Positions 8,833 to 18,075 of a stretch of 64,000 nucleotides of DNA are shown here, one piece after another; position 1 is the first letter of the stretch, and each line of letters opens with the position of its first letter. Position numbers and translations under genes: made by a program. The stretch is from an uncultured Gammaproteobacteria bacterium. Its GTDB lineage: Bacteria > Patescibacteriota > Microgenomatia > Daviesbacterales > UBA10151. The notes under the pieces are model-generated. The model made no database searches. It had not been told where the DNA came from and was given only the letters and a program-made list of their open reading frames with translations. The stretch is taken from the NCBI GenBank assembly GCA_964360965.1, contig CAYHYM010000001.1, positions 8,878-72,877 on the forward strand. The letters run 5' to 3'.

Positions 8833-9673
8833 AATAAAGGGGGACTACTTTTTTTAATTCAAATATCTGAACTTTTCTTTGGACCTCACCTGAGACTCCG
8901 GTGGAGGTAAAAATCCTGGCCTGAGGAGGCAGTGAACACCCAGGATTACAGCTCCCCACAGGCGATACAGCCAAAGGTTGAGCGCTACTGTTATATAAAA
9001 ATCTGGTCCTTACCAGAATTAATTTTGGTAAACCACTGGCTGAATTTGGCAGGCTGGATAAGGTGATCTTGCATTTAAAAGGTCTGTCATTGGTACCTGC
9101 GGAAAAACTGGTGGTAATTTGGTAGTTGGTACACCCTCCACCGTAGTCCGCGGGAGCTTTAAAACCATTATCCCCTCTACCTCCAACACCTTCAACCGGG
9201 TCAATAAAAAACTTTTGAGCTTTGTAACCAAGCGCATCTTGATATACCACACTCACCTCCAGGGCTGGTTGTTCTCTGCCGGATGAGGCAGTTGTCCCCC
9301 AATAAAGATCAAGGCTGGTTTGAGTATAGTAATTTTTTAAACTATCCGGATCTGCCAGCCAAACATGAGCAATATCTTCTTTACCCAAGGGGGGATATTC
9401 TAAGGCTTGATTTTGGGCGGGAATGGAATTTTTGACAACTTGTTCGATCTTGGACTGGTTTCCCAATTCAATGGGGGAGGTGATACCAATATCTCCTTGT
9501 AGAGCTTTTTCAATACCCGCTTCTGCCGCAGAAAAGGCCCGGGATGATTGTTCTACTTTGGTGGCGGTTGAAACATCTACCAAACTTTTTTGCACTATTG
9601 AAAGACCGATGGCTAAAGCCATAGTCATAACCAGGATGAGGGTTAGTATTAACTGACCTTTTTGGTTGTTCAT
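8792..9673 (-). CDS. PilX-N-like minor pilin
   Basis: N-terminus QKGQLILTLILVMTMALAIGLSIV...AFSAAEAGIEKAL resembles the PilX N domain. Confidence 0.55.
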   Translation of the reverse strand: MNNQKGQLILTLILVMTMALAIGLSIVQKSLVDVSTATKVEQSSRAFSAAEAGIEKALQGDIGITSPIELGNQSKIEQVVKNSIPAQNQALEYPPLGKEDIAHVWLADPDSLKNYYTQTSLDLYWGTTASSGREQPALEVSVVYQDALGYKAQKFFIDPVEGVGGRGDNGFKAPADYGGGCTNYQITTSFSAGTNDRPFKCKITLSSLPNSASGLPKLILVRTRFLYNSSAQPLAVSPVGSCNPGCSLPPQARIFTSTGVSGEVQRKVQIFELKKVVPLYFDYAIFSAGEISK

Positions 9674-9693
9674 ATATTCACGTTATCATATGG

Positions 9694-10320
9694 TCACCGC
9701 AGTTGTATAGTTGTTTCAAATCTTACAGGATCAATCTGTCCAGCCACAGAGGGAAGAGCATTAACCGCCGGGGAAAGAGTAAAGTTAATTTTTACCCCAT
9801 CCTTAAACCCGGCTGACCGCTCTCTGGCAAAACTACCATTTATGGAAACTCCGCTTTGAGGATTTGTATCAGTTAAAACTAAAGCAGCCGGCATCGGATT
9901 ATCGCTTGTGCAAACTCTGTTAACAAAAACTGTATCTGTTTCTTCTTTACCGGTGGCTGGATCTAATTGTTTGACTGGATTATCTTGTTGGATTAAACCA
10001 TTGCTATTGGGAGCTGAAGGGGTAAAAGGAATAAATCTGTAGCGGGTATAGATGCCTTTACTGACTACTACCAAATTAGGGGAGGAGGCAGTGGTAGCAG
10101 GAGAAATAATCGCCGGACAAACTATATGATCTGCATTTCTAATCACACTGGTCATACTTTCCAAAACTGATTGCCCATTTTGTTTAATGGCAATTAAAAT
10201 TTGTGATTTGTTATTTCCCCGCAAACTGCCGGAGAATATAGCCAGCACTAAAACTCCCGCAATAGATAAAACCCCTATCACCACCAAAACTTCTGCTAAG
10301 GTAAAACCTCCCTTTTTCAT
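9694..10320 (-). CDS. minor type IV pilin
   Basis: MKKGGFTLAEVLVVIGVLSIAGVLV prepilin motif. Confidence 0.7.
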   Translation of the reverse strand: MKKGGFTLAEVLVVIGVLSIAGVLVLAIFSGSLRGNNKSQILIAIKQNGQSVLESMTSVIRNADHIVCPAIISPATTASSPNLVVVSKGIYTRYRFIPFTPSAPNSNGLIQQDNPVKQLDPATGKEETDTVFVNRVCTSDNPMPAALVLTDTNPQSGVSINGSFARERSAGFKDGVKINFTLSPAVNALPSVAGQIDPVRFETTIQLR

Positions 10321-10805
10321 ATTTTCCTCAAGATTGTGGTTAATCTGGACTCATGAGGACCGGAAACATCTGTCCAGGTTACCACCACCGTGATTTTCTT
10401 TTGATCCACTGCTGTATCTTCAATAAAAAACTGTCTTCTGAATCCTGCAGCAATAGTTTCTGAGTTAGCCGCAGTTGCATTTGTTAATACCCCAGATGCG
10501 TTAAAAAAGAAGTAGCAGCTACCTACAGGACAACTGGATTGGGTAGCAGGACAAGTGGGTGGAACGCTGGAACTACAGGCAGTAGAACTGGACCAAATTC
10601 CCGTTCCAGTGGTATCCCTATCTCTTAAACCTCTGACTTTCTCCAATCCCTGTTGTGCCAATTTTGTGGCCTGGGCTTGATTTTGAGAAAAGCTGGCATT
10701 TCGCAACGATGCAATAGTGGCAAAGGTTAAAGCAGCCACTACAATTATAATTACTGCAATCACCACCACCAATTCCATTAAACTCTGACCTTTTTCACTG
10801 AACAT
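10317..10805 (-). CDS. type IV pilin-like protein
   Basis: KGQSLMELVVVIAVIIIVVAAL prepilin-like N-terminus (Q instead of F at +1). Confidence 0.65.
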   Translation of the reverse strand: MFSEKGQSLMELVVVIAVIIIVVAALTFATIASLRNASFSQNQAQATKLAQQGLEKVRGLRDRDTTGTGIWSSSTACSSSVPPTCPATQSSCPVGSCYFFFNASGVLTNATAANSETIAAGFRRQFFIEDTAVDQKKITVVVTWTDVSGPHESRLTTILRKI

Positions 10806-11361
10806 CTATGGCTCCTCCTTGGGATATTGTAAAGCATGCTTTAGCATCATTTTTCTGATTCCTTAGTACTATCATCAAGGTTGAAGCGCTGGTAATACAA
10901 GAATCCCCACCGGCAAAACCCACATTCCCATTCAGAGCAGTAAAGTTCACAGTTAAAGGAGGGGGGAAGGTTGAACCATCCGGAGGGCAACTTGCATTAG
11001 GAACAGGTGAACATTGGATTGAAACTACCTCTGCACCTTCAAGAGTTTGTACTTTTTGTTCAGATTCTAGGGTTCCACAGGTTAATGATAGCTTAAGCTT
11101 ATTCCCATCAAACTTAACTGACCAAGGAACACCGCCTTGATTATTACATAGGACTCCGGCCGTGGCATTGGCTTGAGCCAGCCTTAAATAGGTCTGAATT
11201 TGACCAACAGCTTTGTTTAAAACCTGATCCTGGGTAAAATTCTTAAAGTTGGCAAAAACTACAATTCCCACCAGGGCAGTAATGGTAATCACCACCAAAA
11301 GTTCAACAAGGGTGAACCCGCTTCGACCTCGAAGCGAGGCGAGACCACGGACAGTTTGCAT
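10795..11361 (-). CDS. type IV pilin / pseudopilin (GspG-like)
   Basis: RSGFTLVELLVVITITALVGIVVFANF prepilin motif. Confidence 0.7.
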   Translation of the reverse strand: MQTVRGLASLRGRSGFTLVELLVVITITALVGIVVFANFKNFTQDQVLNKAVGQIQTYLRLAQANATAGVLCNNQGGVPWSVKFDGNKLKLSLTCGTLESEQKVQTLEGAEVVSIQCSPVPNASCPPDGSTFPPPLTVNFTALNGNVGFAGGDSCITSASTLMIVLRNQKNDAKACFTISQGGAIDVQ

Positions 11362-11406
11362 AATTTAAACGTACCATATTTCCTGGGCAACTACCAACTG
11401 GATTAC

Positions 11407-11423
11407 CCACACCCGGTGTGTAC
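11407..11423. repeat. REP-like near-palindrome CCACACCCGGTGTGTAC 3' of the RAYT gene
   Basis: ACACC/GGTGT arms around CGG. The same core recurs at 12138-12151 and 12161-12183. Confidence 0.6.
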
Positions 11424-11441
11424 AAGGTAGACACATCGGGG

Positions 11442-12119
11442 TTATTCTGCAATAAGATGTTTTATTTGATCTAATTTCCTCTGATAATCCATCTGGTCAA
11501 ATGTAAATTTTTTAAACTGATTCAATGAACGAAAATAGGCCAATAAGAACTTTTTATCCACAATGATATTCAATTTTTGTTTACCGAGGTATTCTGAAAA
11601 AGAGCACCATGGATAATTTTCCAACTCTTCAGGCTTTTTAATGATATAAGCAGTTAGGGGATTAAGATGAATGTAACGAGCTACATGAACTAATTGCTCA
11701 TCAGTCTCAATTCTAACTGCCTTAAATCTTGATTGGAAAAGTGACCCATTTCTATCATTTTTAGTATTAAAATATTTTGCATAGCTATTTTGAAAGTTTC
11801 TTGTAAAAGTGGTTATTCCGCCACTATTTATCTCCTTAATTAAAAAATGAATGTGATTTGGCATTAAACAATAAGCTAAAACTTGTATCAATCTTTTGCC
11901 AGTTTGCTCTAAACTTTTTAAAAACTTCGTCTTTTGGTCTTCAGCTAATCGATTAAAATGAGAGTAACGTAAAGTTAGTTTTTCAAATGTGTAAAAATAG
12001 AGTGTTTGAAGTGCTCTCTGATAATCCCTTTCATTGATAAAGATTGGCAGACGTGCCACACTCCGGTTGAAAATATGATAGATTTCACCTTCAACAATCG
12101 GTACTTTGCGGTAGGGCAT
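11442..12119 (-). CDS. REP-associated tyrosine transposase (RAYT, IS200/IS605-like Y1 HuH transposase)
   Basis: HuH motif LMPNHIHFLIK. Catalytic Tyr region ARYIHLNPL...YPWCSFSEY. 225 aa; a paralog lies at 41180-41848. Confidence 0.8.
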   Translation of the reverse strand: MPYRKVPIVEGEIYHIFNRSVARLPIFINERDYQRALQTLYFYTFEKLTLRYSHFNRLAEDQKTKFLKSLEQTGKRLIQVLAYCLMPNHIHFLIKEINSGGITTFTRNFQNSYAKYFNTKNDRNGSLFQSRFKAVRIETDEQLVHVARYIHLNPLTAYIIKKPEELENYPWCSFSEYLGKQKLNIIVDKKFLLAYFRSLNQFKKFTFDQMDYQRKLDQIKHLIAE

Positions 12120-12137
12120 TATTCCAGATTACGCTGT

Positions 12138-12183
12138 ACACCCCGGGGTGTCAAGCTACCACACACCCGGTGTAGATATCTAC
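12138..12183. repeat. REP-like palindromes 5' of the RAYT gene (ACACCCCGGGGTGT perfect 14-bp palindrome; ACACACCCGGTGTAGATATCTAC)
   Basis: Perfect palindrome at 12138-12151. A second ACACC/GGTGT unit follows, with a GTAGATATCTAC palindrome. Confidence 0.65.
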
Positions 12184-12680
12184 GGTCTGGTAAGCCCGTA
12201 GTTGAGGCGATTATCAGGGGGTGAGCTGCAGACTGGATCACTGACCTGACCGGCCCCTTTATTTTCTAATCTGGTGTACAAACAATAACAGATACAACCG
12301 GCAGGGTTAACTGCACTGCAGCTGCCACCTGGTTTACAATCTAATGTGCCAAAAGCCACGTAAGTATAATCCGGCTGGGGAACAGAATCATTAGGCACCC
12401 TGGTTAAATAGACAAACTTTTTACCGGCTGCATTAGTATAAGACAACTCACTGTCTGGTATAACACTAAAAGGGTAAAACTTTTGGTCAGCATGGTATTG
12501 TTGCAAACCGCTTTGGATGAATTTTAAATCTGACAGTCTTTTGCTATCTCTGGAGGCCTTATAAACTGCCTGATAAGTGGAAAAACCAAGCGCAGTTAAA
12601 ATGGCAATAATTGAGATGGCAATCAACAGTTCCACCAAGGTGAAACCTTTTTTAGAATTATCTATCCGGGGATGCTTCAT
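12180..12680 (-). CDS. type IV pilin (PilA-like)
   Basis: KKGFTLVELLIAISIIAILTALGFS prepilin motif. Internal ATG start chosen. Confidence 0.7.
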   Translation of the reverse strand: MKHPRIDNSKKGFTLVELLIAISIIAILTALGFSTYQAVYKASRDSKRLSDLKFIQSGLQQYHADQKFYPFSVIPDSELSYTNAAGKKFVYLTRVPNDSVPQPDYTYVAFGTLDCKPGGSCSAVNPAGCICYCLYTRLENKGAGQVSDPVCSSPPDNRLNYGLTRP

Positions 12681-13287
12681 AAATTTGATTTGAATAAGAG
12701 CCTCCAAAAGCTGCACACCAAATATCTGAAGCAGTAGACCTTAATGATGAATTGTATTTCCAGTTTTTAAGTCCGCATCTTTCAGAATCATTGGTATTTT
12801 CCAGCTGTGCTGTCAGGTCATAAGTTTGACCATCAGCAGTAACATTTCCATAAGTATAGGAATAATTTCCACCAACCCAAGGACCATTGGCATTATTGAT
12901 AGGGTCAATTGGTAGCCTGGGAGTAATACCACCATTGACTAAAGCAGGAATCCAACCCTCTCCTGTAGTACTGTAGACATAACAATTGGATCCGTAAGCA
13001 CAACTACCAGCAGTGGGATACTTACCAGCACCAGCACGATAAGCCTCCAAATAGGTATTGATTTTATTAAGATCAGCTTTTCTTTTAGCATCTCTGGCAT
13101 TTTTTTGAACACCTGAGTAGGCAGCTATACCTATCACAGAAAGAATACCAAGAATGGTAATAACAACCAGCAATTCAACCAGGGTGAAACCCTTCGACTC
13201 ACTATGCTCGCTCAGGGCAAGGCCACGTTTATCCTGAGCAAACCTGTACTGAGCGGAGTCGAAGTAGTCGAAGGAGGCAGATTTCAT
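12658..13287 (-). CDS. type IV pilin (PilA-like) with N-terminal extension derived from a palindromic repeat element
   Basis: SKGFTLVELLVVITILGILSVIGIAAYSGVQKNARDAKRKADL. The 32-aa leader MKSASFDYFDSAQYRFAQ... is encoded by the repeat at 13190-13274. Confidence 0.7.
   Translation of the reverse strand: MKSASFDYFDSAQYRFAQDKRGLALSEHSESKGFTLVELLVVITILGILSVIGIAAYSGVQKNARDAKRKADLNKINTYLEAYRAGAGKYPTAGSCAYGSNCYVYSTTGEGWIPALVNGGITPRLPIDPINNANGPWVGGNYSYTYGNVTADGQTYDLTAQLENTNDSERCGLKNWKYNSSLRSTASDIWCAAFGGSYSNQIYEASPDR
13190..13274. repeat. GTCGAAG/CTCAGTAC-family palindromic element (inverted CCTTCGACT ... AGTCGAAGG arms) embedded in-frame in the pilin 5' end
   Basis: Reverse complement matches 54391-54435 and 62450-62495 (GGTTCGAyTACTTCG...CTCAGTACAGGTAC). 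Confidence 0.6.
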
Positions 13288-13310
13288 ATTCTTGTTTAAT
13301 TATAACATAA

Positions 13311-13874
13311 TTAATCATCACTGGTAATTACATAAGCATTATCCCAGCCTGGTCCGGTTATAGCTGCCCCATTACAATCTTTGACTAATCTTAAGCCGTT
13401 ACGATTAGCATCATTTTTATTTTCCAAAAGAGCCACTAAAATAAAAAATTGTCCTTTTTTCGCAGCACAAAGCGCACTATGGTAACCTCTGTAGCCATAG
13501 TAGTAGCCTGTTTCTAAATTATTCCAGACCGTACCTGGTCCGCTGTTAAGAGGGTCTGTGGGCATCCGGCTGATATAACTACTATCCAAATTTTTCTGGG
13601 TGTCTGTACAACCTGCAAAATCCTCATCAGTAATCCAACTACCACCACTGGCAGAAGATTTCCAGACATTATCACCGGGACAAGGATAGCGGTTATTTTT
13701 TTGATAATACAACTCTAGAGCCACCTTTACAGCTCTTAAATCATCTTTTCTTTTAGCATCCCGGGCATTTTTTTGAACACCGGAGTAGGCAGTCAAACCC
13801 ACCACTGATAAAATAGCCAAAATAGTGATAACAACTAAAAGTTCAACGAGGGTGAAACCGGATCTTGGCCGCAT
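13311..13874 (-). CDS. type IV pilin (PilA-like paralog)
   Basis: RSGFTLVELLVVITILAILSVVGLTAYSGVQKNARDAKRKDDL. Confidence 0.75.
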   Translation of the reverse strand: MRPRSGFTLVELLVVITILAILSVVGLTAYSGVQKNARDAKRKDDLRAVKVALELYYQKNNRYPCPGDNVWKSSASGGSWITDEDFAGCTDTQKNLDSSYISRMPTDPLNSGPGTVWNNLETGYYYGYRGYHSALCAAKKGQFFILVALLENKNDANRNGLRLVKDCNGAAITGPGWDNAYVITSDD

Positions 13875-14275
13875 TATTGTTGGTTAGACTTACAAAAAGT
13901 GCCGGTAGAACTTTCAATGGTGGCGCAAACTTTGTAAGTTGCACCTGACGCACTTTCATTAGCAGCTCCACCGCTATAATCATAAGCAACATTAGTCAGG
14001 GGATCTCTGGGGATTGACTGGTTGCTAAACCATGTTGCCTGAAGTGCCGGATAATTTGGGGTAGTTTGACTGTAATGAACTTCCCAGGCTTTAGAAATGG
14101 CATCTACATCTCCTCTTCTTTGAGCATCTCTGGCATTTTTTTGAACACCAGTGAAGATGGTAATACCAATTACTGACAAAATGGCAATGATAGTAATAAC
14201 AACTAACAGCTCAACCAAAGTGAAACCAGATTTGTTTACACTAAAATTTATTGAAGTGGGCAGATACTTTTTCAC
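13874..14275 (-). CDS. type IV pilin (PilA-like paralog)
   Basis: KSGFTLVELLVVITIIAILSVIGITIFTGVQKNARDAQRRGDV. Confidence 0.75.
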   Translation of the reverse strand: MKKYLPTSINFSVNKSGFTLVELLVVITIIAILSVIGITIFTGVQKNARDAQRRGDVDAISKAWEVHYSQTTPNYPALQATWFSNQSIPRDPLTNVAYDYSGGAANESASGATYKVCATIESSTGTFCKSNQQ

Positions 14276-14309
14276 AATGATTTATCATTGCCATAATCTG
14301 GATTGATTG

Positions 14310-15164
14310 TCAAGGATTTAAGGTTAAATACCAATTCAAAATCAAATTTCCCCAAAAAAGAGCCACCAATGATCCTAAAACCAAAAACGGGCCAAAGGGC
14401 AGATTCTGTCCAAATTTCTTTTTACCCAAAATTATCAAAAATATGGCCACTGCCGCTCCTGTTAAAAATGATAAGAAAGTGGCCAAAACCGCATTGGGAA
14501 AACCCAATCCCAAACCCATAAAAGCCCCCAGCTTGACATCTCCTCCTCCCATGCCTTTACCGCGGGTAATGGTAATAAGGGCCAGGTAAAATCCTGCCAA
14601 AAAAAGTGCTGTCAATATTGAGAAAAAAAACTGCTCCAGCATTATCTGGGTATGTCTTATAAAATAAGGACTGTGAGGGGGAAGCAGCAGCCTTCCCACC
14701 AAAGATTGTGAAAGATAAAAATAAAGATAGCCAATCTTATATAAAGTAAGACTGATCAGCCATATTAGTAAAGTGACCATGGCAGGCCAAATTATCCGGT
14801 CAGGGATCAGCATTTTTTTAAAATCTGTTAAAAAAATTATGGTCAGAACTGTGATAAAGAATACTTTAAAAAAAAGCTCAAGAAGTTGAATTGGGGAGGG
14901 GAGCGAAGTCGAGGGAATGGAAGTTGAGAAAAGATAGGCTATCAAAAGACCTATCACAATCTCCATCCACAAATACTCAGTAGAAATCTTTTTATGGCAA
15001 TACCTGCATTTACCATAGAGAATTAGATAGGAAAAAATAGGAATAAGGTCATACCATCCAAGTTGATGTTTACATTTTGGACAGTACGACCTTCCCCAAA
15101 AAGACCGCTTTTGTAAACTGCGATCAGCCAAGGCTTTAACCAGACTCCCCAGAACAGCCCCCAC
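14310..15164 (-). CDS. pilD: prepilin peptidase (A24 family)
   Basis: N-terminal CPKC...CRYC zinc motif, polytopic membrane protein, GGGDVKLGAFMGLGLG catalytic region. Confidence 0.85.
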   Translation of the reverse strand: MGAVLGSLVKALADRSLQKRSFWGRSYCPKCKHQLGWYDLIPIFSYLILYGKCRYCHKKISTEYLWMEIVIGLLIAYLFSTSIPSTSLPSPIQLLELFFKVFFITVLTIIFLTDFKKMLIPDRIIWPAMVTLLIWLISLTLYKIGYLYFYLSQSLVGRLLLPPHSPYFIRHTQIMLEQFFFSILTALFLAGFYLALITITRGKGMGGGDVKLGAFMGLGLGFPNAVLATFLSFLTGAAVAIFLIILGKKKFGQNLPFGPFLVLGSLVALFWGNLILNWYLTLNP

Positions 15165-15178
15165 TATAAACCCTAAAA

Positions 15179-15727
15179 TTAGTATATACAGCTTCCTACT
15201 GATGCGGCATTGAGTGTCAATCCAGAACCCACCTCAAACTTATCAGTTTCATTACCTCCATCAGTTATCATCTTGCCGGACTGTTGAACTGATTCCAAAA
15301 CCGTATTTATTTCCCAACCAGTACCATTTGAACAGTAGGTGTAATGATAAGCTGTGGAGTTGGTAGGATCAACCGGTAAAGTTGGCACTGACACACTCTG
15401 TTGTGAAGAAAGGTCAACCTTAACCCAACCTGTTCCATTAGATGCTCTTGAACCTGTGCTTACACCACTGCAAGGGACTGTCAGATCCTTACACAAAATA
15501 GCGGCAGATGAAGACGTTGCTTCCTGAACTGCCACATTAATAGCCTGTTGCAAGTTGGCCAGATCTGTCAATCTGGCAGCATCCCGACCCCTTCTTGTTA
15601 ATTCCAAAGGATTAATAATAAGTACCACCACTGCTGCCAATATGGCAATAATGGCAATAACAACTAAAAGTTCCACCAAAGTGAAACCCTTTGATTCACT
15701 TCGTTTACTCAGGGCAGATTTACTCAA
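15179..15727 (-). CDS. type IV pilin (candidate major pilin, adjacent to pilC)
   Basis: MSKSALSKRSESKGFTLVELLVVIAIIAILAAV. The leader SESKGFTLVELL is shared with the 12658 pilin. Confidence 0.75.
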   Translation of the reverse strand: MSKSALSKRSESKGFTLVELLVVIAIIAILAAVVVLIINPLELTRRGRDAARLTDLANLQQAINVAVQEATSSSAAILCKDLTVPCSGVSTGSRASNGTGWVKVDLSSQQSVSVPTLPVDPTNSTAYHYTYCSNGTGWEINTVLESVQQSGKMITDGGNETDKFEVGSGLTLNAASVGSCIY

Positions 15728-15813
15728 ACTCTCTCACCTCCTCTCAAAAATCAAAATTTTACTAACCATATTATTGTATCCATAAAAAATAGTGTTAAGT
15801 CAAGATGGCAAAA

Positions 15814-17013
15814 TCAGAATGAAGTTGTCAGTTTATAAATGGGCAGGATGATGGATAAGACTAAAAAGCCTACGCCAATTCCCAAAACTATTAAGATAAT
15901 AGGTTCAATGGCCACAGTTAAATTTTTCACCAGATGGTCAGATTCTGATTCAAAATACTCTGATAATTTAAAAAAAATCTCATCCACCTTTCCTGTTTCT
16001 TCACCCACCTTAACCATCTGAGAAACAATTTTGGGGAAGATGGAAAGGGAGAGTAGTGAGGAAAATGGCATGCCCCTCTCTACCCCGGCATAGGATGATT
16101 TTAAGGCATTTCTAAAAACCTGATTTTCTGTCACCCCCCCTACAATATTGATAGCCTCAAGCAGAGGGATACCCGCTGAAACCAACAGGCCAAAAGTTCT
16201 GCTAAAGTTGGTCAGGGTGACATTGGTTATCACCTTTCCTATGATGGGAGTTTTAAGAAGCAGTCTGTCAAAGGCCAGTCCTCCGGCAGGGGTTTTCACC
16301 CATCTTTTCAAAACTGCCACAGTAATCCCCAAAATAATAATCATCAGCCACCAGAAATTAACAAACAAATCAGAGGTGGCAATCAGAATTTTGGTGGGAA
16401 GAGGCAAATCCAAAGTTGAATCACGATACAAAGATGTCAGCTTGGGAATCACAAATATCATCATGATGATGATAACCGCCATCATCATGGTAATAACCAC
16501 TATAGGATAAATTATGGCCCCCTTTACCCGGGCCCGAAATTCCCTTTCTTTTTCCAAAGAATCTGCCATCCTAAGGAATACCTCATCTAACTTTCCCGAG
16601 GCCTCGCCACTTTTGACCAGATTGACATATAGAATAGGAAAGACCTCTGTATGGCGACTCATTGCCTCTGCCAAACTCAAACCTCCTTTAATATCATGGG
16701 AAACCTCTGCTAAAACTTGCTTTAGGCCTTTGTTTTCCTGCTGTTCTTCCAAAATATCAATGGCCTCTGACAAAACCAAACCGGCAGAAATCATGGTGGC
16801 GAGCTGCCTGGTGATGGTGACCAGTTCAGAAAAACCGACCTTATTTAAAAACTTATCCAAAAGATAGACGGATTTTTTTTTAACAGTCACATCTGTCACC
16901 ACCAAACCTCTTTTTCTAAGGATCAAAGCAGCCAAACGAACATCACCGGCCTCGATTTCCCCTTTGTGTTCCTGACCATTTAAGTCTTTTGCCTTGTATA
17001 AAAAGTTAGCCAT
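15814..17013 (-). CDS. pilC: type IV pilus inner-membrane platform protein PilC
   Basis: Two GspF/PilC-type repeats, three TM segments, about 400 aa. Confidence 0.85.
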   Translation of the reverse strand: MANFLYKAKDLNGQEHKGEIEAGDVRLAALILRKRGLVVTDVTVKKKSVYLLDKFLNKVGFSELVTITRQLATMISAGLVLSEAIDILEEQQENKGLKQVLAEVSHDIKGGLSLAEAMSRHTEVFPILYVNLVKSGEASGKLDEVFLRMADSLEKEREFRARVKGAIIYPIVVITMMMAVIIIMMIFVIPKLTSLYRDSTLDLPLPTKILIATSDLFVNFWWLMIIILGITVAVLKRWVKTPAGGLAFDRLLLKTPIIGKVITNVTLTNFSRTFGLLVSAGIPLLEAINIVGGVTENQVFRNALKSSYAGVERGMPFSSLLSLSIFPKIVSQMVKVGEETGKVDEIFFKLSEYFESESDHLVKNLTVAIEPIILIVLGIGVGFLVLSIILPIYKLTTSF

Positions 17014-18067
17014 GGGACGTAAGTAATTTAGTCAAAAGCTCAGGTCTGATGGCAAATCGCAGGGCCACATCGGCTGAGATTTTACCAGCCTTAACCAAAG
17101 AGTTAAGCGATGTTTCCAGATTCATCATCCCCAGTTCGGCTGATGTTTGTATTAAATTATCAATCATATGGGTTTTTGCCTCCCTAATCATTGATCTGAC
17201 CGCAGCATTGGCAAAAAGAATCTCTTGAGCCAAAATCCTGCCCGGAGTCAAGGTTGGCACCAGCCGCAAGCATAAAATAGCCTCCAAAGTAGATGCCAGC
17301 TGCATCCTGATCTGTAGCTGCTGAGTTTGAGGAAAAACATCAATGATACGATCCACTGATTGGGCGGCAGAATTGGTATGTAAGGTGGCAAAAACCAGAT
17401 GCCCTGTTTCTGCGATGGTCATGGCAGAGGAAATGGTTTCCAAATCCCTCATCTCGCCAATTAACACCACATCCGGATCCTCTCGCAGAGCCGCGCGAAG
17501 CGCTCCAGCCCAGGACTTGGTATCATTGTACATCTCCCGCTGAGAAATTAGAGATTTGCCCTTTGGATAAACATATTCAATGGGGTCCTCAATAGTAATA
17601 ATGTGGGCAGCCCTATTTTGATTGATGGAATTTATAAAAGAGGCCAGAGCTGTTGATTTGCCATGGCCTGTTGGGCCGGTGATTAAAATAAAACCCTGGC
17701 GCAGCTCCGTCAGTTTTTCCACCACCTGAGGAAATCCCAATTCGGAGATGGCCGGAATTTTAAAAGGGATCAGGCGAAAAGATGCTGCCAGGTTTCCTTT
17801 TTGACGATAGATGTTAACCCGAAATCTGCCTTTTCCTTCAAAATCTATTGAGAAGTCAAGTTCCAGGTTTTGGGAGAAAGTTTGCTTTTGGGTCTCTGAC
17901 AAAATTGGGGTTAAAAAGCTGACCATCTCAGACGGAGCGATTACCTCTTCCCCTGGTATAGGGAAAAGCTCACCATGAACCCTTAAAATAGGAGGAAAAC
18001 CTACGGAAAGATGCAAATCTGAAGCTCCCCTGGCAATGGTTGTTTCCATTAGTTGTTGAATAGTCAT
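17006..18067 (-). CDS. pilT: twitching-motility retraction ATPase PilT
   Basis: Walker A GPTGHGKST. PilT-type HTNSAAQSVDRIIDVF. 353 aa. Confidence 0.85.
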   Translation of the reverse strand: MTIQQLMETTIARGASDLHLSVGFPPILRVHGELFPIPGEEVIAPSEMVSFLTPILSETQKQTFSQNLELDFSIDFEGKGRFRVNIYRQKGNLAASFRLIPFKIPAISELGFPQVVEKLTELRQGFILITGPTGHGKSTALASFINSINQNRAAHIITIEDPIEYVYPKGKSLISQREMYNDTKSWAGALRAALREDPDVVLIGEMRDLETISSAMTIAETGHLVFATLHTNSAAQSVDRIIDVFPQTQQLQIRMQLASTLEAILCLRLVPTLTPGRILAQEILFANAAVRSMIREAKTHMIDNLIQTSAELGMMNLETSLNSLVKAGKISADVALRFAIRPELLTKLLTSHG

Positions 18068-18075
18068 ATTTTTTC

